From an uncultured Pseudomonadota bacterium (GTDB lineage Bacteria > Pseudomonadota > Gammaproteobacteria > Steroidobacterales > Steroidobacteraceae): 64,000 nt of DNA. The notes under the pieces were generated by a model, which had not been told where the DNA came from, did no database searches, and saw nothing but the letters and a program-made list of their open reading frames with translations. The stretch spans positions 2,933 through 66,932 of the forward strand of contig CAIKMS010000009.1 of the NCBI GenBank assembly GCA_903828595.1, in the 5' to 3' direction. This document shows positions 1 through 10,744 of the stretch, one piece after another. The position numbers were made by a program, and so were the translations under genes. Positions within the stretch are counted from its first letter, which is position 1. Each line of letters opens with the position of its first letter.

Positions 1-84
1 GCCGACCGAGTCGGGTTCCGGACGCTTGATGACGGCCGTAAGGTTCGATTCTTCAAGTCTAATGGCGAAGTGCTCGACGCCTAA
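1..84 (+). CDS. rplX: 50S ribosomal protein L24, C-terminal fragment (gene starts upstream of the window)
   Basis: Frame 1 reads ADRVGFRTLDDGRKVRFFKSNGEVLDA, with a TAA stop at 82-84. This resembles an L24 C-terminus and lies directly upstream of rplE, as in the spc operon. Confidence 0.8.
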   Translation, partial: ADRVGFRTLDDGRKVRFFKSNGEVLDA

Positions 85-111
85 TTGGCGCAGCACTAAA
101 AGGGTAGGACG

Positions 112-651
112 ATGGTCAGACTAGAAAAACATTACCGCGAAGTCGTGGTGCCGGCGCTGAAGGAAAAGCTACAGCTCGACAACGTGATGGCCGTGCCTAA
201 GATCGTGAAAATCACGGTCAACATGGGCGTAGGCGATGCGGTGTCGGACAAGAAGCTGATGGATGCCGCGGTAGGCGATATGCAGAAAATCACCGGCCAG
301 AAGCCGTTGATTTGCAAATCGCGTCAATCGATCGCGTCCTTCAAGTTGCGTGCAGGTTTGGCGATTGGCTGCAAAGTCACGCTGCGCGGCGCGCGCATGT
401 ATGAGTTCTTGGATCGCCTGGTATCGATTGCGATGCCACGTATCCGTGACTTCCGCGGTGTGAATCCGCGAGCGTTTGATGGTCGTGGTAACTACAACTT
501 CGGTGTGAAAGAGCAGATCATTTTCCCCGAAATTCAGTACGACCAGATCGACAAGGTACGCGGTATGGATATCACCATCACCACGACGGCAAATGACGAC
601 ACGGCGGGGCGTGCGCTTCTTGAAGCGTTCAGTTTCCCCTTCCGCAAGTAA
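112..651 (+). CDS. rplE: 50S ribosomal protein L5
   Basis: The 179-aa ORF has L5-typical sequence ([27 protein letters not shown]) and sits at the expected spc operon position. Confidence 0.95.
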   Translation: MVRLEKHYREVVVPALKEKLQLDNVMAVPKIVKITVNMGVGDAVSDKKLMDAAVGDMQKITGQKPLICKSRQSIASFKLRAGLAIGCKVTLRGARMYEFLDRLVSIAMPRIRDFRGVNPRAFDGRGNYNFGVKEQIIFPEIQYDQIDKVRGMDITITTTANDDTAGRALLEAFSFPFRK

Positions 652-688
652 TCGTCCGGACACGAGTTTCTAGAGGCAGCACGAGCTT

Positions 689-994
689 ATGGCCAAAACC
701 AGCATGGTAGAGCGAGAGAAGCGCCGCGAGGCCCTCGCTAAGAAGTACGCAGTATTGCGTGCGAAGTTGCGCGAGGAGATCCGCGACCCGAAGACGAGCC
801 CCGAGGCTCGTGAGGCGGCGCAGGCTCGCTTGCAGAAATTGCCGCGCGATTCGAGTGCCAGCCGGCAGCGAAATCGTTGCCAGATCACGGGCCGTCCACG
901 CGGCGTCTATCGTAAGTTCGGCTTGGCTCGTACCAAGCTGCGCGAGGCGACGATGCGCGGTGAGATCCCCGGTCTACGCAAGGCCAGTTGGTAA
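689..994 (+). CDS. rpsN: 30S ribosomal protein S14
   Basis: The 101-aa ORF ends [24 protein letters not shown]...KASW, which is typical of long-form S14. Confidence 0.95.
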   Translation: MAKTSMVEREKRREALAKKYAVLRAKLREEIRDPKTSPEAREAAQARLQKLPRDSSASRQRNRCQITGRPRGVYRKFGLARTKLREATMRGEIPGLRKASW

Positions 995-1006
995 GAGGAT
1001 TAGCAC

Positions 1007-1402
1007 ATGAGCATGACCGATCCGATTGCTGACTTTTTGACCCGCATCCGTAACGGACAAGCGGCCCGTAAGCCTGAAATCACCTGCATGGCGTCTAACG
1101 TCAAGATCGCTATTGCGACCGTGCTGCGTGACGAGGGTTACATTGGCAGTTTCGTCACCACCAGTGAGGGTGGTAAGCGTTCGCTGACAGTGCAACTGAA
1201 GTATCACCAGGGCCGCCCTGTGATCGAGCGTATTGAACGGTTTAGCCGTCCTGGCCTGCGGTCTTACCGCGGGAAGGATTCGCTGCCGAAGGTGCTCGGT
1301 GGGTTGGGCGTGGCCATTGTCTCGACGTCGCAGGGCGTCATGACCGATCGTCAGGCACGTGCCGGTGGGCACGGCGGCGAAGTTCTGTGCGTAGTTTCCT
1401 AA
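1007..1402 (+). CDS. rpsH: 30S ribosomal protein S8
   Basis: The 131-aa ORF begins [18 protein letters not shown], the S8 N-terminal signature. Confidence 0.95.
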   Translation: MSMTDPIADFLTRIRNGQAARKPEITCMASNVKIAIATVLRDEGYIGSFVTTSEGGKRSLTVQLKYHQGRPVIERIERFSRPGLRSYRGKDSLPKVLGGLGVAIVSTSQGVMTDRQARAGGHGGEVLCVVS

Positions 1403-1419
1403 CACCGGAATTTTAGATC

Positions 1420-1953
1420 ATGTCTCGAGTAGCAAAAAAGCCAGTTAACCTGCCACAGGGCGTAACGTGCTCCGTGAAGGATAACGTCGTCACGATCAAG
1501 GGTTCCAAGGGTAGCTTGGACTTGGCGTTGGTTACGGGCGTCTCCATTGAGCAGGCCGATAAGGTCCTGAACGTACGTTTAGCCGCTGATGCCGGGCACC
1601 TGCTGCCGCTGGCCGGTTCGACTCGCGCCAACCTCGCCAACATGGTGACGGGCGTGAGCGAGGGCTACCAGAAGAAACTTGAATTAGTGGGCGTTGGTTA
1701 TCGTGCCGCAGTGGCCGGCAAGACGCTGACTTTGACGCTGGGTTTCTCGCATCCGATCGTTTATTCCGCCCCTGAGGGCATCACGATCGAAGTGCCGACC
1801 CAGACCGAAATTCTGGTGAAGGGCACCGACCGACAGAAAGTGGGTCAGGTGTCTGCAGAGATTCGCGCTTATCGTCCACCAGAGCCTTACAAGGGCAAGG
1901 GTGTCCGATACTCGGGCGAAAAGATCGAGATCAAGGAAGCGAAGAAGAAGTAG
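1420..1953 (+). CDS. rplF: 50S ribosomal protein L6
   Basis: The 177-aa ORF begins [15 protein letters not shown] and contains YKGKGVRY. Operon order agrees. Confidence 0.95.
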   Translation: MSRVAKKPVNLPQGVTCSVKDNVVTIKGSKGSLDLALVTGVSIEQADKVLNVRLAADAGHLLPLAGSTRANLANMVTGVSEGYQKKLELVGVGYRAAVAGKTLTLTLGFSHPIVYSAPEGITIEVPTQTEILVKGTDRQKVGQVSAEIRAYRPPEPYKGKGVRYSGEKIEIKEAKKK

Positions 1954-1959
1954 GCCGCC

Positions 1960-2325
1960 ATGAAAAAAATTATTGACAAGAAGGGCAGCCGGTTACGCCG
2001 CGCCGCTCACGTGCGAGCCAAGATCAAGGAACTGCGTGTTGCGCGCTTAACCGTGCACCGTACTCCTCGACATATCTACGCACAGGTTATCGACAGCGAG
2101 GCGGGCATTGTAATTGCTGCAGCTTCAACCGTTCAGGACCAGGTCCGGGATGGGTTGAAGAGCACGGGCAATTCTGATGCGGCAGCCACCGTAGGTCGTT
2201 TCATCGCCGAACGCGCTCGCGCGAAAGGCATCACGAAGGTCGCGTTCGATCGTTCGGGTTTCAGGTTCCATGGGCGCATCAAAGCGCTTGCGGAAGCCGC
2301 CCGCGAGCACGGCCTCGAATTCTGA
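1960..2325 (+). CDS. rplR: 50S ribosomal protein L18
   Basis: The 121-aa ORF contains [17 protein letters not shown] and [17 protein letters not shown]. Confidence 0.95.
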   Translation: MKKIIDKKGSRLRRAAHVRAKIKELRVARLTVHRTPRHIYAQVIDSEAGIVIAAASTVQDQVRDGLKSTGNSDAAATVGRFIAERARAKGITKVAFDRSGFRFHGRIKALAEAAREHGLEF

Positions 2326-2360
2326 TCACTTAAGATAGTACTGGCACACAGGATTTCACC

Positions 2361-2867
2361 ATGGCGAGACCGGAGAAGAATGCCACGGGCGACGACCTCA
2401 TTGAGAAGCTCGTTGCAGTGAACCGTACGGCGAAGGTCGTCAAGGGCGGTAAGCAGTTTGGATTCACCGCACTGACCGTCGTTGGCGACGGCGCAGGCCG
2501 CGTTGGGTTCGGCTATGGCAAGGCCCGAGAAGTACCGACTGCTATCGCTAAAGCGATGCAGGCAGCACGCAAGAACATGCAATCTGTTCCGTTGCGCGGC
2601 GACTCTATTCACTACGCAGTGAAGGGTCGGCATGGCACAACACAGGTATACATGCAGCCAGCCTCGGGCGGTACGGGCGTTATCGCCGGCGGCGGTATGC
2701 GCGCCGTGTTCGAGTGTGCAGGCGTGCGCAACGTGCTCGCCAAGAGCTACGGCTCGCGTAACCCGATTAACGTCGTGCGTGCGACTTTCGACGGCCTGAA
2801 GCGTATGTCTTCGCCCGACGATATTGCCGCCAAGCGTGGCAAGAACCTGACGGAGATTCTGTCATGA
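2361..2867 (+). CDS. rpsE: 30S ribosomal protein S5
   Basis: The 168-aa ORF contains [25 protein letters not shown]. Confidence 0.95.
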   Translation: MARPEKNATGDDLIEKLVAVNRTAKVVKGGKQFGFTALTVVGDGAGRVGFGYGKAREVPTAIAKAMQAARKNMQSVPLRGDSIHYAVKGRHGTTQVYMQPASGGTGVIAGGGMRAVFECAGVRNVLAKSYGSRNPINVVRATFDGLKRMSSPDDIAAKRGKNLTEILS

Positions 2868-3052
2868 GCAACGCGCCTAAGATTCGTGTTCGTCAGACCC
2901 GCAGCACGGCGGGTCAGCTGAAGAACATCCAGTCGTCGGTACGCGGCTTAGGCTTGCGTCGTATCGGCCATAGCGTGGAAGTCGTCGACAATCCGTGCAC
3001 GCGCGGAATGATCCAGACGGCTATCCACCTCGTTGAGGTTGTGAAGTCATGA
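2864..3052 (+). CDS. rpmD: 50S ribosomal protein L30
   Basis: The 62-aa ORF overlaps rpsE by an ATGA junction and contains [16 protein letters not shown]. Confidence 0.9.
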   Translation: MSNAPKIRVRQTRSTAGQLKNIQSSVRGLGLRRIGHSVEVVDNPCTRGMIQTAIHLVEVVKS

Positions 3053-3057
3053 ACGAA

Positions 3058-3498
3058 ATGAAGCTGAACACCATGCAGCCGGGCCCCGGCTCCAAGAAGA
3101 AGCGTCTGCGCGTTGGTCGCGGTGCATCGGCCGGCCAGGGTAAGACCTGCGGTCGCGGCGTAAAGGGTCAGCGTGCTCGTAAGGGTGGCTATCACAAGGT
3201 CGGTTTCGAAGGCGGCCAGATGCCGCTGCAGCGTCGCTTGCCCAAGGTCGGCTTCCGCTCGGCAATGGCTGCTTCGCGTTCGGAAATCACCTTAACGACC
3301 GTCGCACAGATTGCTGCGAAGAACGGCGGAGTGGTTGATTTGGCGACGCTCATTGCGCACAGCCAGGTTCCCGCCGGCACCGAGAAGGTAAAGATCATTT
3401 TATCGGGCGAAATCACCTCAGCCGTGACCATCCGTGGCTTAGCCGTAACGGCAGGCGCGCGTGCGGCACTCGAAGCGGTCGGGGCGACCGTCGAATAA
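3058..3498 (+). CDS. rplO: 50S ribosomal protein L15
   Basis: MKLNTMQPGPGSKKK...FEGGQMPLQRRLPKVGF matches the L15 N-terminus. An upstream in-frame ATG at 3049, overlapping the rpmD stop, is an alternative start. Confidence 0.9.
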   Translation: MKLNTMQPGPGSKKKRLRVGRGASAGQGKTCGRGVKGQRARKGGYHKVGFEGGQMPLQRRLPKVGFRSAMAASRSEITLTTVAQIAAKNGGVVDLATLIAHSQVPAGTEKVKIILSGEITSAVTIRGLAVTAGARAALEAVGATVE

Positions 3499-3501
3499 AC
3501 T

Positions 3502-4839
3502 GTGGCCAATCCAAGCGCAAAACCAGCGGTGGGTCTTCCTGACACCAGCCGCTTCGCCGAAATCAAGAGCCGACTGCTCTTTTTATTAGGCGGCCTGATC
3601 GTTTACCGCATCGGAACGTATATTCCGGTGCCGGGAATCGATCCGGTGGCGTTGGCGCGCTTTTTTGCTCAGCAAGAAGGGACCATTTTGGGTCTCTTCA
3701 ACATGTTCTCCGGCGGCGCGTTGTCTCGCTTGTCGATCTTTGCTCTAGGCGTGATGCCCTACATTTCAGCATCGATCATCATTCAGATGTTCGCTGTGGT
3801 CTACCCGCCCTGGGCGGAGTGGAAGAAGGAAGGCGAAGCCGGTCGACGTCGAGTCACGCAGTACACGCGTTGGGGCACGGTCGGTTTAGCGGCGTTCCAG
3901 GCAGCCGGCGCGGCCTATGCGTTCCAAAATCAGGGCGTGGTCTTAAATCCGGGGTTTGCTTTCGTCTTGACGGCAGCCGTGACGCTGGCGGCTGGCACGA
4001 TGTTCTTGATGTGGCTGGGTGAGCAGATCACTGAGCGCGGCATCGGTAACGGTATCTCGATGATTATTTTGTCGGGCATCGTCGCGGGTCTGCCCGCAGC
4101 CATCGGCAATACGCTCACGCAGATCTATTCCGGTGAGATGAATCCCGCCTTCGCGATTTTGTTGTTGGTGTTAGTCGGCGCCGTGACGTTGTTCGTGGTG
4201 TACGTCGAGCAGGGCCAACGCCGGATCGCTGTGAATTACGCCAAGCGTATGGTGGGTCGTCGCATGATGGCCGGTCAGACCAGTCATTTGCCGTTTAAAT
4301 TGAACATGTCCGGGGTTATCCCGCCGATTTTTGCCTCATCCTTGCTGCTGTTTCCCGCCACGCTGGCCAACTTCGCCGGTACCAGCGATCGCTTCGCCTG
4401 GCTGCAGGGCGTGGCTTCCTCTTTAGGCTACGGGCAGCCGTTGCATCTGATCGCCTACGCTGTGCTGATCATGTTCTTTTGTTTCTTCTACACCGGATTG
4501 GTATTCAATTCGCGTGAGACCGCCGACAACTTAAAGAAAGCCGGCGCGTTCATTCCGGGGATTCGTCCTGGTCAGCACACCGGTGAATACATCGATAAGG
4601 TGCTGACGCGTCTGACGGTCTGGGGTGGCTTTTATGTTACCTCCGTTTGTCTGTTGCCGGAGTTGTTGGTGTCTTGGGGGCACGCGCCATTTTATTTCGG
4701 CGGCACGTCGCTCCTGATTATTGTCGTGGTTGTCATGGATTTTCGGGCCCAGCTGGCCGCACAGATGATGTCGCAGCAGTATGAGGGGCTGATGAAGAAA
4801 GCGAGTCTGCGCGGGTCCCCCCGTCCAGGCGCGCGTTGA
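3502..4839 (+). CDS. secY: Preprotein translocase subunit SecY
   Basis: The 445-aa multi-pass membrane ORF has a GTG start and contains [23 protein letters not shown]. It sits between rplO and rpmJ. Confidence 0.95.
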   Translation: MANPSAKPAVGLPDTSRFAEIKSRLLFLLGGLIVYRIGTYIPVPGIDPVALARFFAQQEGTILGLFNMFSGGALSRLSIFALGVMPYISASIIIQMFAVVYPPWAEWKKEGEAGRRRVTQYTRWGTVGLAAFQAAGAAYAFQNQGVVLNPGFAFVLTAAVTLAAGTMFLMWLGEQITERGIGNGISMIILSGIVAGLPAAIGNTLTQIYSGEMNPAFAILLLVLVGAVTLFVVYVEQGQRRIAVNYAKRMVGRRMMAGQTSHLPFKLNMSGVIPPIFASSLLLFPATLANFAGTSDRFAWLQGVASSLGYGQPLHLIAYAVLIMFFCFFYTGLVFNSRETADNLKKAGAFIPGIRPGQHTGEYIDKVLTRLTVWGGFYVTSVCLLPELLVSWGHAPFYFGGTSLLIIVVVVMDFRAQLAAQMMSQQYEGLMKKASLRGSPRPGAR

Positions 4840-4877
4840 CAGCCCGTTTTTAAGCTTATTAGTCGAGGCGTGTAGTC

Positions 4878-4991
4878 ATGAAAGTCCGACCGTCGGTCAA
4901 GAAAATTTGCAAAAACTGCAAGGTGGTGCGCCGTCGGGGCATCGTATTTGTGATTTGCGTGGATGCTCGCCACAAGCAGCGTCAGGGTTAA
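4878..4991 (+). CDS. rpmJ: 50S ribosomal protein L36
   Basis: This ORF is absent from the supplied ORF track because it is shorter than 60 aa. Reading from the ATG at 4878 gives [37 protein letters not shown] (37 aa), with a stop at 4989-4991. This is a zinc-ribbon-type L36. Confidence 0.9.
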   Translation: MKVRPSVKKICKNCKVVRRRGIVFVICVDARHKQRQG

Positions 4992-5068
4992 TCCGGGGCA
5001 TGTGCCCTTGAGGAATGGCTAGTTTTTAGATAGACTGACGGGCTCTCTCGTCGGTCGTTGGAGTAACG

Positions 5069-5446
5069 ATGGCACGTATTGCCGGTATTAACATTCCGAT
5101 GAACAAGCATATTGTCATCGGGCTCACTCACGTGTTTGGCGTGGGTACCACCACGGCTCGTAAGGCTTGTGAAGTGGCTGGCGTCGCGCCAACCACCAAG
5201 ACCAAGGACCTGACCGAGGCCGAAGTCGCGGCATTGCGCTCGTTTATCTCTCGCCTAACGGTTGAGGGTGACCTGCGCCGTGAGACGGCGATGAACGTCA
5301 AGCGTCTGATGGACATGGGCAGCTATCGTGGTCTGCGACACCGTAAGGGTCTGCCGATGCGCGGTCAACGTACCCGTACGAATGCGCGTACCCGTAAGGG
5401 CCCACGTAAGCAGGCGGTTAAGTTGAACATTCAGGCTGGCAAGTAA
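5069..5446 (+). CDS. rpsM: 30S ribosomal protein S13
   Basis: The 125-aa ORF begins [10 protein letters not shown] and contains [27 protein letters not shown]. Confidence 0.95.
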   Translation: MARIAGINIPMNKHIVIGLTHVFGVGTTTARKACEVAGVAPTTKTKDLTEAEVAALRSFISRLTVEGDLRRETAMNVKRLMDMGSYRGLRHRKGLPMRGQRTRTNARTRKGPRKQAVKLNIQAGK

Positions 5447-5525
5447 GTATTGATTTAGCTGGCCTTCGATTGGACGCCTAAGGCGGTCAGTTAGAAGCTC
5501 AGCGTACATTTAAAAGGCATAAACA

Positions 5526-5933
5526 GTGGCTGACCAGAAAAGCGGCGGGAACCAGAAGGCACCCCGCGCCAAGAAGGCTAGACGGCAAGTGACAGACGGC
5601 ATCGCGCACGTCCACGCGTCGTTTAACAACACGATCATCACGATCACCGATCGTCAGGGTAACGTCCTGTCGTGGGCGACCAGTGGCGGCTGCGGCTTCC
5701 GCGGTTCGCGTAAGAGCACGCCTTTCGCGGCCCAGGTCGCCGCTGAGAAGGCAGGCAATGCCAGCCAAGAATACGGTTTACGCAACGTAGAAGTTCGCGT
5801 TAAGGGTCCTGGTCCGGGTCGTGAGTCGGCGGTACGCGCGCTCAACGGCTGCGGTCTCAAGGTAAGTTCGATCAGTGACGTTACGCCTATCCCGCATAAC
5901 GGTTGCCGTCCGTCCAAGAAGCGCCGCGTCTAA
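5526..5933 (+). CDS. rpsK: 30S ribosomal protein S11
   Basis: The 135-aa ORF has a GTG start and contains [22 protein letters not shown] and [15 protein letters not shown]. Confidence 0.95.
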   Translation: MADQKSGGNQKAPRAKKARRQVTDGIAHVHASFNNTIITITDRQGNVLSWATSGGCGFRGSRKSTPFAAQVAAEKAGNASQEYGLRNVEVRVKGPGPGRESAVRALNGCGLKVSSISDVTPIPHNGCRPSKKRRV

Positions 5934-5962
5934 GCGCCTCGCACAGCAAATCAGGACTATTC

Positions 5963-6586
5963 ATGGCCAGGTATTTGGGTCCCAAGTGTAAGCTCTCCCG
6001 TCGTGAGGGCACCGATCTTTTCCTTAAGAGTGGCGTCAAGCCGCTTGAGTCGAAGTGCAAGCTCGAAGTGCCGCCGGGCGGCATTAAGGGCGAGCGTCGT
6101 ACCCGTCTGTCGGATTACGGCGTACAGCTGCGCGAGAAGCAGAAGCTGCGTCGCATGTACGGCGTGCTCGAGCGTCAGTTCCGCAACTATTACTTCAAAG
6201 CAGCTGGTCGTCCGGGTGCTACCGGTGCCAACCTGTTGCAGTATTTGGAGCGCCGCCTCGATAACGTGGTTTATCGCATGGGCTTTGCCTCCACGCGTGC
6301 TGAGGCTCGGCAGTTGGTCTCGCACAAAGGCATTTTGGTGAACGGTAAGGGCGTCAACATCGCATCTTATGTTTGCAACGCCGGCGATGTGATTGAGGTT
6401 CGTGAGAAGTCCAAGAACCAGGCACGCATTGTGGCGTCGCTGGCCATGGCAGCTTCCAGCGGCTTCCCTGATTGGGTAAGCGTTGACGAGAAGAAGTTGA
6501 GCGGAACCTTAAAGTCGGTGCCGGAGCGGGACGAGATTCTGCCCGACATTAACGAGAATCTGGTCGTCGAGTTGTACTCGAAGTGA
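5963..6586 (+). CDS. rpsD: 30S ribosomal protein S4
   Basis: The ATG at 5963 gives [20 protein letters not shown], the canonical S4 N-terminus. The longer ORF from 5903 overlaps rpsK and I rejected it. Confidence 0.93.
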   Translation: MARYLGPKCKLSRREGTDLFLKSGVKPLESKCKLEVPPGGIKGERRTRLSDYGVQLREKQKLRRMYGVLERQFRNYYFKAAGRPGATGANLLQYLERRLDNVVYRMGFASTRAEARQLVSHKGILVNGKGVNIASYVCNAGDVIEVREKSKNQARIVASLAMAASSGFPDWVSVDEKKLSGTLKSVPERDEILPDINENLVVELYSK

Positions 6587-6627
6587 TGGATCTTGATAGC
6601 ACTGTCTTCGAAACCCAGGTACGTAAA

Positions 6628-7629
6628 ATGACGGGATCAGTTAACGAGTTCTTGAAGCCACGCACGGTTAAAGTTACGGCTCTTGGCCCACGCCACGCCC
6701 GTATTGTGATTGAGCCGTTCGAGCGCGGGTTTGGTCACACGTTAGGCAACGCACTGCGTCGTGTGTTGCTGTCGTCGCTGCCCGGTGCTGCGGTAACCGA
6801 AGTGGAAATCGACGGCGTGTTGCACGAGTACACCTCTATCGAGGGCGTGCAGGAAGACGTAGTCGACGTGCTTTTGAATCTGAAGCTCTTGTCGATCCGT
6901 ATGCACACGCGCAACGAGACGGAAATTCGTCTGGTTAAGCGCGGCCCTGGCCCGGTACGGGCAGGGGATATCCAGGGTGACCATGACGTAGAAATCGTCA
7001 ATCCGGACCTGGTTTTAGCCAACCTGACTAAGGCTGGCGAGCTGAACATGACCTTGAAGGTCGAGCGCGGTCGCGGCTATCGTCCGGCGTTGGCCCGTGG
7101 TTTTGAAGAGCAGACGCGGCCAATCGGTCGCCTGCAGCTGGATGCCTCGTTCAGCCCTGTCCGTAAGGTCACCTACACGGTGGAGTCGGCGCGTGTAGAA
7201 CAGCGCACTGACTTAGACAAGCTGATTTTGGACATCGAGACCAACGGCACCATTGATCCGGAAGAGGCGATCCGCCGCGCCGGTGCGATCCTCAAGGATC
7301 AGCTGTCGGTGTTCGTGGACCTCCAGGGTCAGGAAGAGGGTGCCTCCAAGGCTACTGAGACCCAGTTTGACCCGATTCTCTTGCGTCCGGTTGATGAGCT
7401 CGAGCTCACCGTGCGCAGCGCGAATTGCCTTAAGGCCGAGAATATTCATTACATCGGCGATTTGGTGCAGCGTACCGAGGTAGAGTTACTGCGTACCCCG
7501 AACCTCGGCAAGAAGTCTCTGACTGAGATCAAAGAAGTGCTGGAGAGCCATGGCCTGGCATTGGGCATGCGGCTCGATGGCTGGCCGCCGGCAGTCCTGC
7601 GTCGTGAAGACGAATACAAGACCGCCTAA
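6628..7629 (+). CDS. rpoA: DNA-directed RNA polymerase subunit alpha
   Basis: The ATG at 6628 gives [12 protein letters not shown], comparable to E. coli MQGSVTEFLKPR. The C-terminal domain contains [16 protein letters not shown]. Confidence 0.95.
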   Translation: MTGSVNEFLKPRTVKVTALGPRHARIVIEPFERGFGHTLGNALRRVLLSSLPGAAVTEVEIDGVLHEYTSIEGVQEDVVDVLLNLKLLSIRMHTRNETEIRLVKRGPGPVRAGDIQGDHDVEIVNPDLVLANLTKAGELNMTLKVERGRGYRPALARGFEEQTRPIGRLQLDASFSPVRKVTYTVESARVEQRTDLDKLILDIETNGTIDPEEAIRRAGAILKDQLSVFVDLQGQEEGASKATETQFDPILLRPVDELELTVRSANCLKAENIHYIGDLVQRTEVELLRTPNLGKKSLTEIKEVLESHGLALGMRLDGWPPAVLRREDEYKTA

Positions 7630-7663
7630 GGCGCGTCCAATTTACCTGTAAGTGAACTGAATC

Positions 7664-8089
7664 ATGCGTCATCAACTTTCTGGCCGACAGCTCTCGCGTA
7701 ACAGCTCGCACCGACATGCGCTGATGCGAAACCTGTCCATTGCCCTGCTTCGCTACGAGACGATTCGTACCACCGTGCCTAAGGCTAAAGAGCTGCGGCG
7801 TGTGGTTGAACCGATCATCACCCTAGCGAAGGTCGACACGCAGGCGGCTCGCCGCCGTGCGTTCGCCCGCCTGCGCGACGAGGCGCTGGTGGAGAAGCTG
7901 TTTACAGATATCGGACCGCGCTTCAATGCGCGCGCCGGTGGTTACACCCGCATCCTGAAAATGGAGCCGCGGGCGGGTGACTCGGCACCGATGGCATTAG
8001 TACAGCTTGTGGACAAGGCAGTGGTTGCTGCGGCGGAAGCGGCTCCGGAGGCGAAAGCCCCGAAGAAGCGAGCGAAAAAGGCGGCGTAA
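7664..8089 (+). CDS. rplQ: 50S ribosomal protein L17 with an Ala/Lys-rich C-terminal tail
   Basis: The 141-aa ORF begins [17 protein letters not shown] and contains GGYTRILK. It is the last gene of the alpha operon. Confidence 0.95.
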   Translation: MRHQLSGRQLSRNSSHRHALMRNLSIALLRYETIRTTVPKAKELRRVVEPIITLAKVDTQAARRRAFARLRDEALVEKLFTDIGPRFNARAGGYTRILKMEPRAGDSAPMALVQLVDKAVVAAAEAAPEAKAPKKRAKKAA

Positions 8090-8185
8090 GCCGTTTGACG
8101 ACGCCTAGATGAAGCACCGCGCCCAAGCGCGGTCGCTGACCGTAGTCCAACGATTCGCAGCAGCAGCTGCGGTCGTCATAGTGTT

Positions 8186-8215
8186 GGGCCGGAGTAACCC
8201 TCCGGCCCTTTTTTT
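8186..8215 (+). terminator. Rho-independent terminator of the alpha operon
   Basis: A perfect 9-bp stem pairs GGGCCGGAG (8186-8194) with CTCCGGCCC (8200-8208). The loop is 5 nt and a T7 run follows at 8209-8215. Confidence 0.85.
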
Positions 8216-8292
8216 GCGGCCGATTTACGGTGAGCCGTCCGCCGTTGCCTAGCCACTGGTCAAGTGCCGATGTTAGGATTGCGAAGTTTTAC

Positions 8293-8328
8293 GTAATTCG
8301 GATCCTGTGCGTAATTCGGATCCTGTGC
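8293..8328. repeat. Perfect tandem duplication of an 18-bp unit (GTAATTCGGATCCTGTGC x2)
   Basis: Read directly: 8293-8310 is identical to 8311-8328. The repeat lies 75-110 nt upstream of the mscL start. Confidence 0.95.
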
Positions 8329-8402
8329 TTTAGGTTCTGTGAAGCCAGTCGCGGTGCCGGATTGAGTCGTCAGTTGTCCCAACTTTTATTCATAGGTGTC
8401 CC

Positions 8403-8822
8403 ATGAGTTTTGTACAAGAATTTAAAGCCTTTGCGATGCGCGGTAATGTGATCGACTTGGCGGTCGGTGTTGTCATCGGCGGTGCCTTTGGCAAGATCGT
8501 GTCGGTATTGGTGGACTCCATCATCATGCCAGTTGTTGGTGTGATAACCGGTGGTGTGAACTTCTCAACACTGGGACTAAAGATCGCGACCGACGGTAAG
8601 GGCCAGGACGTGATGCTCAAATACGGCGCGTTCATTCAGGCTGTGGTGGACTTTTTGATTATCGCGTTTGTGGTATTTGTGGCCATTCGTGCCATCAACA
8701 AGATGATGGAGGCCAGTAAGCTCAGCGCGGCCGAGGCAGCTCCGGAAGCTCCGGCTGCTCCTGAGAAGACGCAGTCGGAAGTTCTCTTAGAGGAAATCCG
8801 CGACCTGTTAAAGGCCAAATAA
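8403..8822 (+). CDS. mscL: Large-conductance mechanosensitive channel
   Basis: The 139-aa ORF begins [33 protein letters not shown], the MscL TM1 signature. Confidence 0.93.
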   Translation: MSFVQEFKAFAMRGNVIDLAVGVVIGGAFGKIVSVLVDSIIMPVVGVITGGVNFSTLGLKIATDGKGQDVMLKYGAFIQAVVDFLIIAFVVFVAIRAINKMMEASKLSAAEAAPEAPAAPEKTQSEVLLEEIRDLLKAK

Positions 8823-8830
8823 GCTCAAGG

Positions 8831-8857
8831 CCTGCGGGTCGCTAAGCGACCCGCAGG
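8831..8857. terminator. Stem-loop between convergent mscL and pepQ, a candidate bidirectional terminator
   Basis: A perfect 12-bp stem pairs CCTGCGGGTCGC with GCGACCCGCAGG around a TAA loop. The U-tract is weak (GGGTTTT downstream). Confidence 0.55.
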
Positions 8858-8880
8858 CGCATCAGGGTTTTAAGCGAGTT

Positions 8881-10191
8881 TTAGGCGAAAGCCAGGCGGG
8901 TCAGGTTTTTAGCGCCTTGACTACCGGCCACCACATTGTCCTCTATGCGTATACCGCCGAACGGCGCCAGCGCATCTACCGTCTCCCAGTTGATAGCATC
9001 CCGACGCTCATCGAGTCGCGCGGCTTTGAGCAGCAAGTCAATAAAATATAAACCCGGCTCGATCGTGACCACGTAGCCGGCTTCAAGGCGGCGGGTCAGG
9101 CGCAGGTAGGGATGGCCTGGCGGCCGCGGCGTTAATACACCTTCCTCATTGGCCATACGGCCACCCACATCGTGCACCTGCAGACCCAAGAGGTGGCCGA
9201 TGCCGTGCGGAAAGAAAACGGCAGTTATGCCTCGGGCAAGCGCGTCTTCAGCGCTAACTCGCACCAAGCCAGAATCACAAAGAATCGTGGCGATGCCCCG
9301 GTGCGCGGCGAGCTGAATATCAATGTAGGAGCGACCCGGTGTGACCAAGTCGCACAAGGTGAGTTCCAGTCTTTCAACGGCGCTCGTCAGATCGGCAAAC
9401 ACGCCCGTCATCGCGCTGTAGGTGCGCGTGATATCACTGCCATAGCCACTATAGGTAGCGCCCGCATCAATGAGTAGGCTGCGGCGCACCTCTAAGGGTT
9501 GGCGGCGTCTGTAGGTATAATGCAGCACGGAGGCGGCTTCGTTTAAGGCAATGATATTGGCGTAAGGCAGTTGCGCATCCTCGTGCTCGGTGGCCTTCAG
9601 ATACGCCAGATGGATGTCGTATTCGCTGCCACCTTCAGCCCAGGTTTGTTGCGCCGCACGATGACCGGCGCAGGCGATCTGCGAGGCAACCTCTAAACAA
9701 TGGATCTCATAATCTGTTTTGATAGCTCGCGCGTAGTCTAGGCGCGCGACCACCGACGCTGGATTGCAGACTGCTCGGTGGCTGACGGGCGCGTCGCTGT
9801 CTGGACCAATCCAGGCACTGTGTGCAGGCAAAAACCCGGCGATGTCTGCAGGCGTTTTAATGCAGACCACGTCAAAGCAGTCGACCCAGGGCTGCTGGGG
9901 TCGTGCCGGAACCTGATGCCAGAAGTCCTCGGGTTGGCAGAAAAAAAGTGTGGGTCGGTGGCCAGGCCGGTGCATCACGCACGAGCCGGGGGCCTCTGTG
10001 AGGGGTGCCCAGGCACGAAAGTGCGCACTGGCTTTGAAGGGATAGGGCTGATCATCGGCAAACTGCATCGGAGCCGTTCCGGCCGCAAAAACCAGCGCTT
10101 CAAAGGCACTGTCCTGCAATGCGTGATCGGCGCGGCGGATCATTTCGGCAAGATGGGCGGGGAATAATGGATCGGCCAAGGGTGAGGACAT
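8881..10191 (-). CDS. pepQ: Xaa-Pro dipeptidase (M24B family)
   Basis: The sequence has HGIGHLLGLQVHDVGG and EPGLYF metal-site motifs. I chose the start at the ATG giving MSSPLADPLF (436 aa, close to E. coli PepQ). The 461-aa ORF start at 10266 is possible. Confidence 0.85.
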   Translation of the reverse strand: MSSPLADPLFPAHLAEMIRRADHALQDSAFEALVFAAGTAPMQFADDQPYPFKASAHFRAWAPLTEAPGSCVMHRPGHRPTLFFCQPEDFWHQVPARPQQPWVDCFDVVCIKTPADIAGFLPAHSAWIGPDSDAPVSHRAVCNPASVVARLDYARAIKTDYEIHCLEVASQIACAGHRAAQQTWAEGGSEYDIHLAYLKATEHEDAQLPYANIIALNEAASVLHYTYRRRQPLEVRRSLLIDAGATYSGYGSDITRTYSAMTGVFADLTSAVERLELTLCDLVTPGRSYIDIQLAAHRGIATILCDSGLVRVSAEDALARGITAVFFPHGIGHLLGLQVHDVGGRMANEEGVLTPRPPGHPYLRLTRRLEAGYVVTIEPGLYFIDLLLKAARLDERRDAINWETVDALAPFGGIRIEDNVVAGSQGAKNLTRLAFA

Positions 10192-10398
10192 CGCGGCTCC
10201 CGGTCGGGCATGAATAATTTTTAAGATTGTATATAGATAGAGACAAATAGGGGTTACACAGGGCACAATTACAGATGGCGTGTGTATTCGCTGGATTTTC
10301 AGTAGAATCGCGCGATAGACGGGGGCAACTTTGCTGCCGACTTGTGTGAGCTTGCTCGCGCACCAACAACTTGAATCTTTTTTAGATTGGGGAAATGC

Positions 10399-10656
10399 AT
10401 GAACGTGAAGATTGTTTTTGGTGCCGCTGCTCTCGCGCTGGCACTCGTCGCTTGCGGTGATAAGACTGAAGCTCCAGCACCTGCTGCTGCTCCAACGGCT
10501 GAGACCGCTGCTCCTGCTCCTGCTGCAGCTCCGGCTGCTGACGCTGCCATGGCTCCAGCTGCTGAGGCTGCTGCTGACGCTGCTAAGACCGCTACCGGTG
10601 CTGCCACCGAAGCTGCCGATGCCGCTAAGCCTGCTGCTGACGCTGCCAAGAAGTAA
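10399..10656 (+). CDS. Small Ala/Pro-rich lipoprotein ending in Lys-Lys
   Basis: The protein begins MNVKIVFGAAALALALVAC-G, a signal peptide plus lipobox, and a GGGGA Shine-Dalgarno sequence lies upstream. Ala codons are strongly biased to GCT. A terminator follows. Other-frame and antisense ORFs here are low-complexity artefacts. Confidence 0.7.
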   Translation: MNVKIVFGAAALALALVACGDKTEAPAPAAAPTAETAAPAPAAAPAADAAMAPAAEAAADAAKTATGAATEAADAAKPAADAAKK

Positions 10657-10669
10657 GTAATCTTTGGAT

Positions 10670-10710
10670 ACCGGCTGGCTCCTTGGTGGGGCTGGTCGGT
10701 TTTATTTTTA
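10670..10710 (+). terminator. Rho-independent terminator after the first lipoprotein gene
   Basis: A 13-bp stem pairs ACCGGCTGGCTCC with GGGGCTGGTCGGT, including four G-U pairs. TTTATTTTT follows the stem, and with the stem's final T the U-tract reads UUUUAUUUUU. Confidence 0.6.
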
Positions 10711-10744
10711 AACCTCGTAAAACCAACTCATCGGGAGTTAGATC

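Noticed and set aside
5903-6627. N-terminally extended ORF-track starts for rpsD (5903) and rpoA (6583). The same applies to pepQ (10266), cheB (17604), fumarase (30002), pmbA (51980), yihY (54735), the S9 peptidase (54722) and rpe (60045).
   Set aside because: The extensions overlap upstream genes or add residues absent from well-known homologues. Internal ATGs reproduce canonical N-termini, and several have Shine-Dalgarno sequences. Start choices remain predictions.
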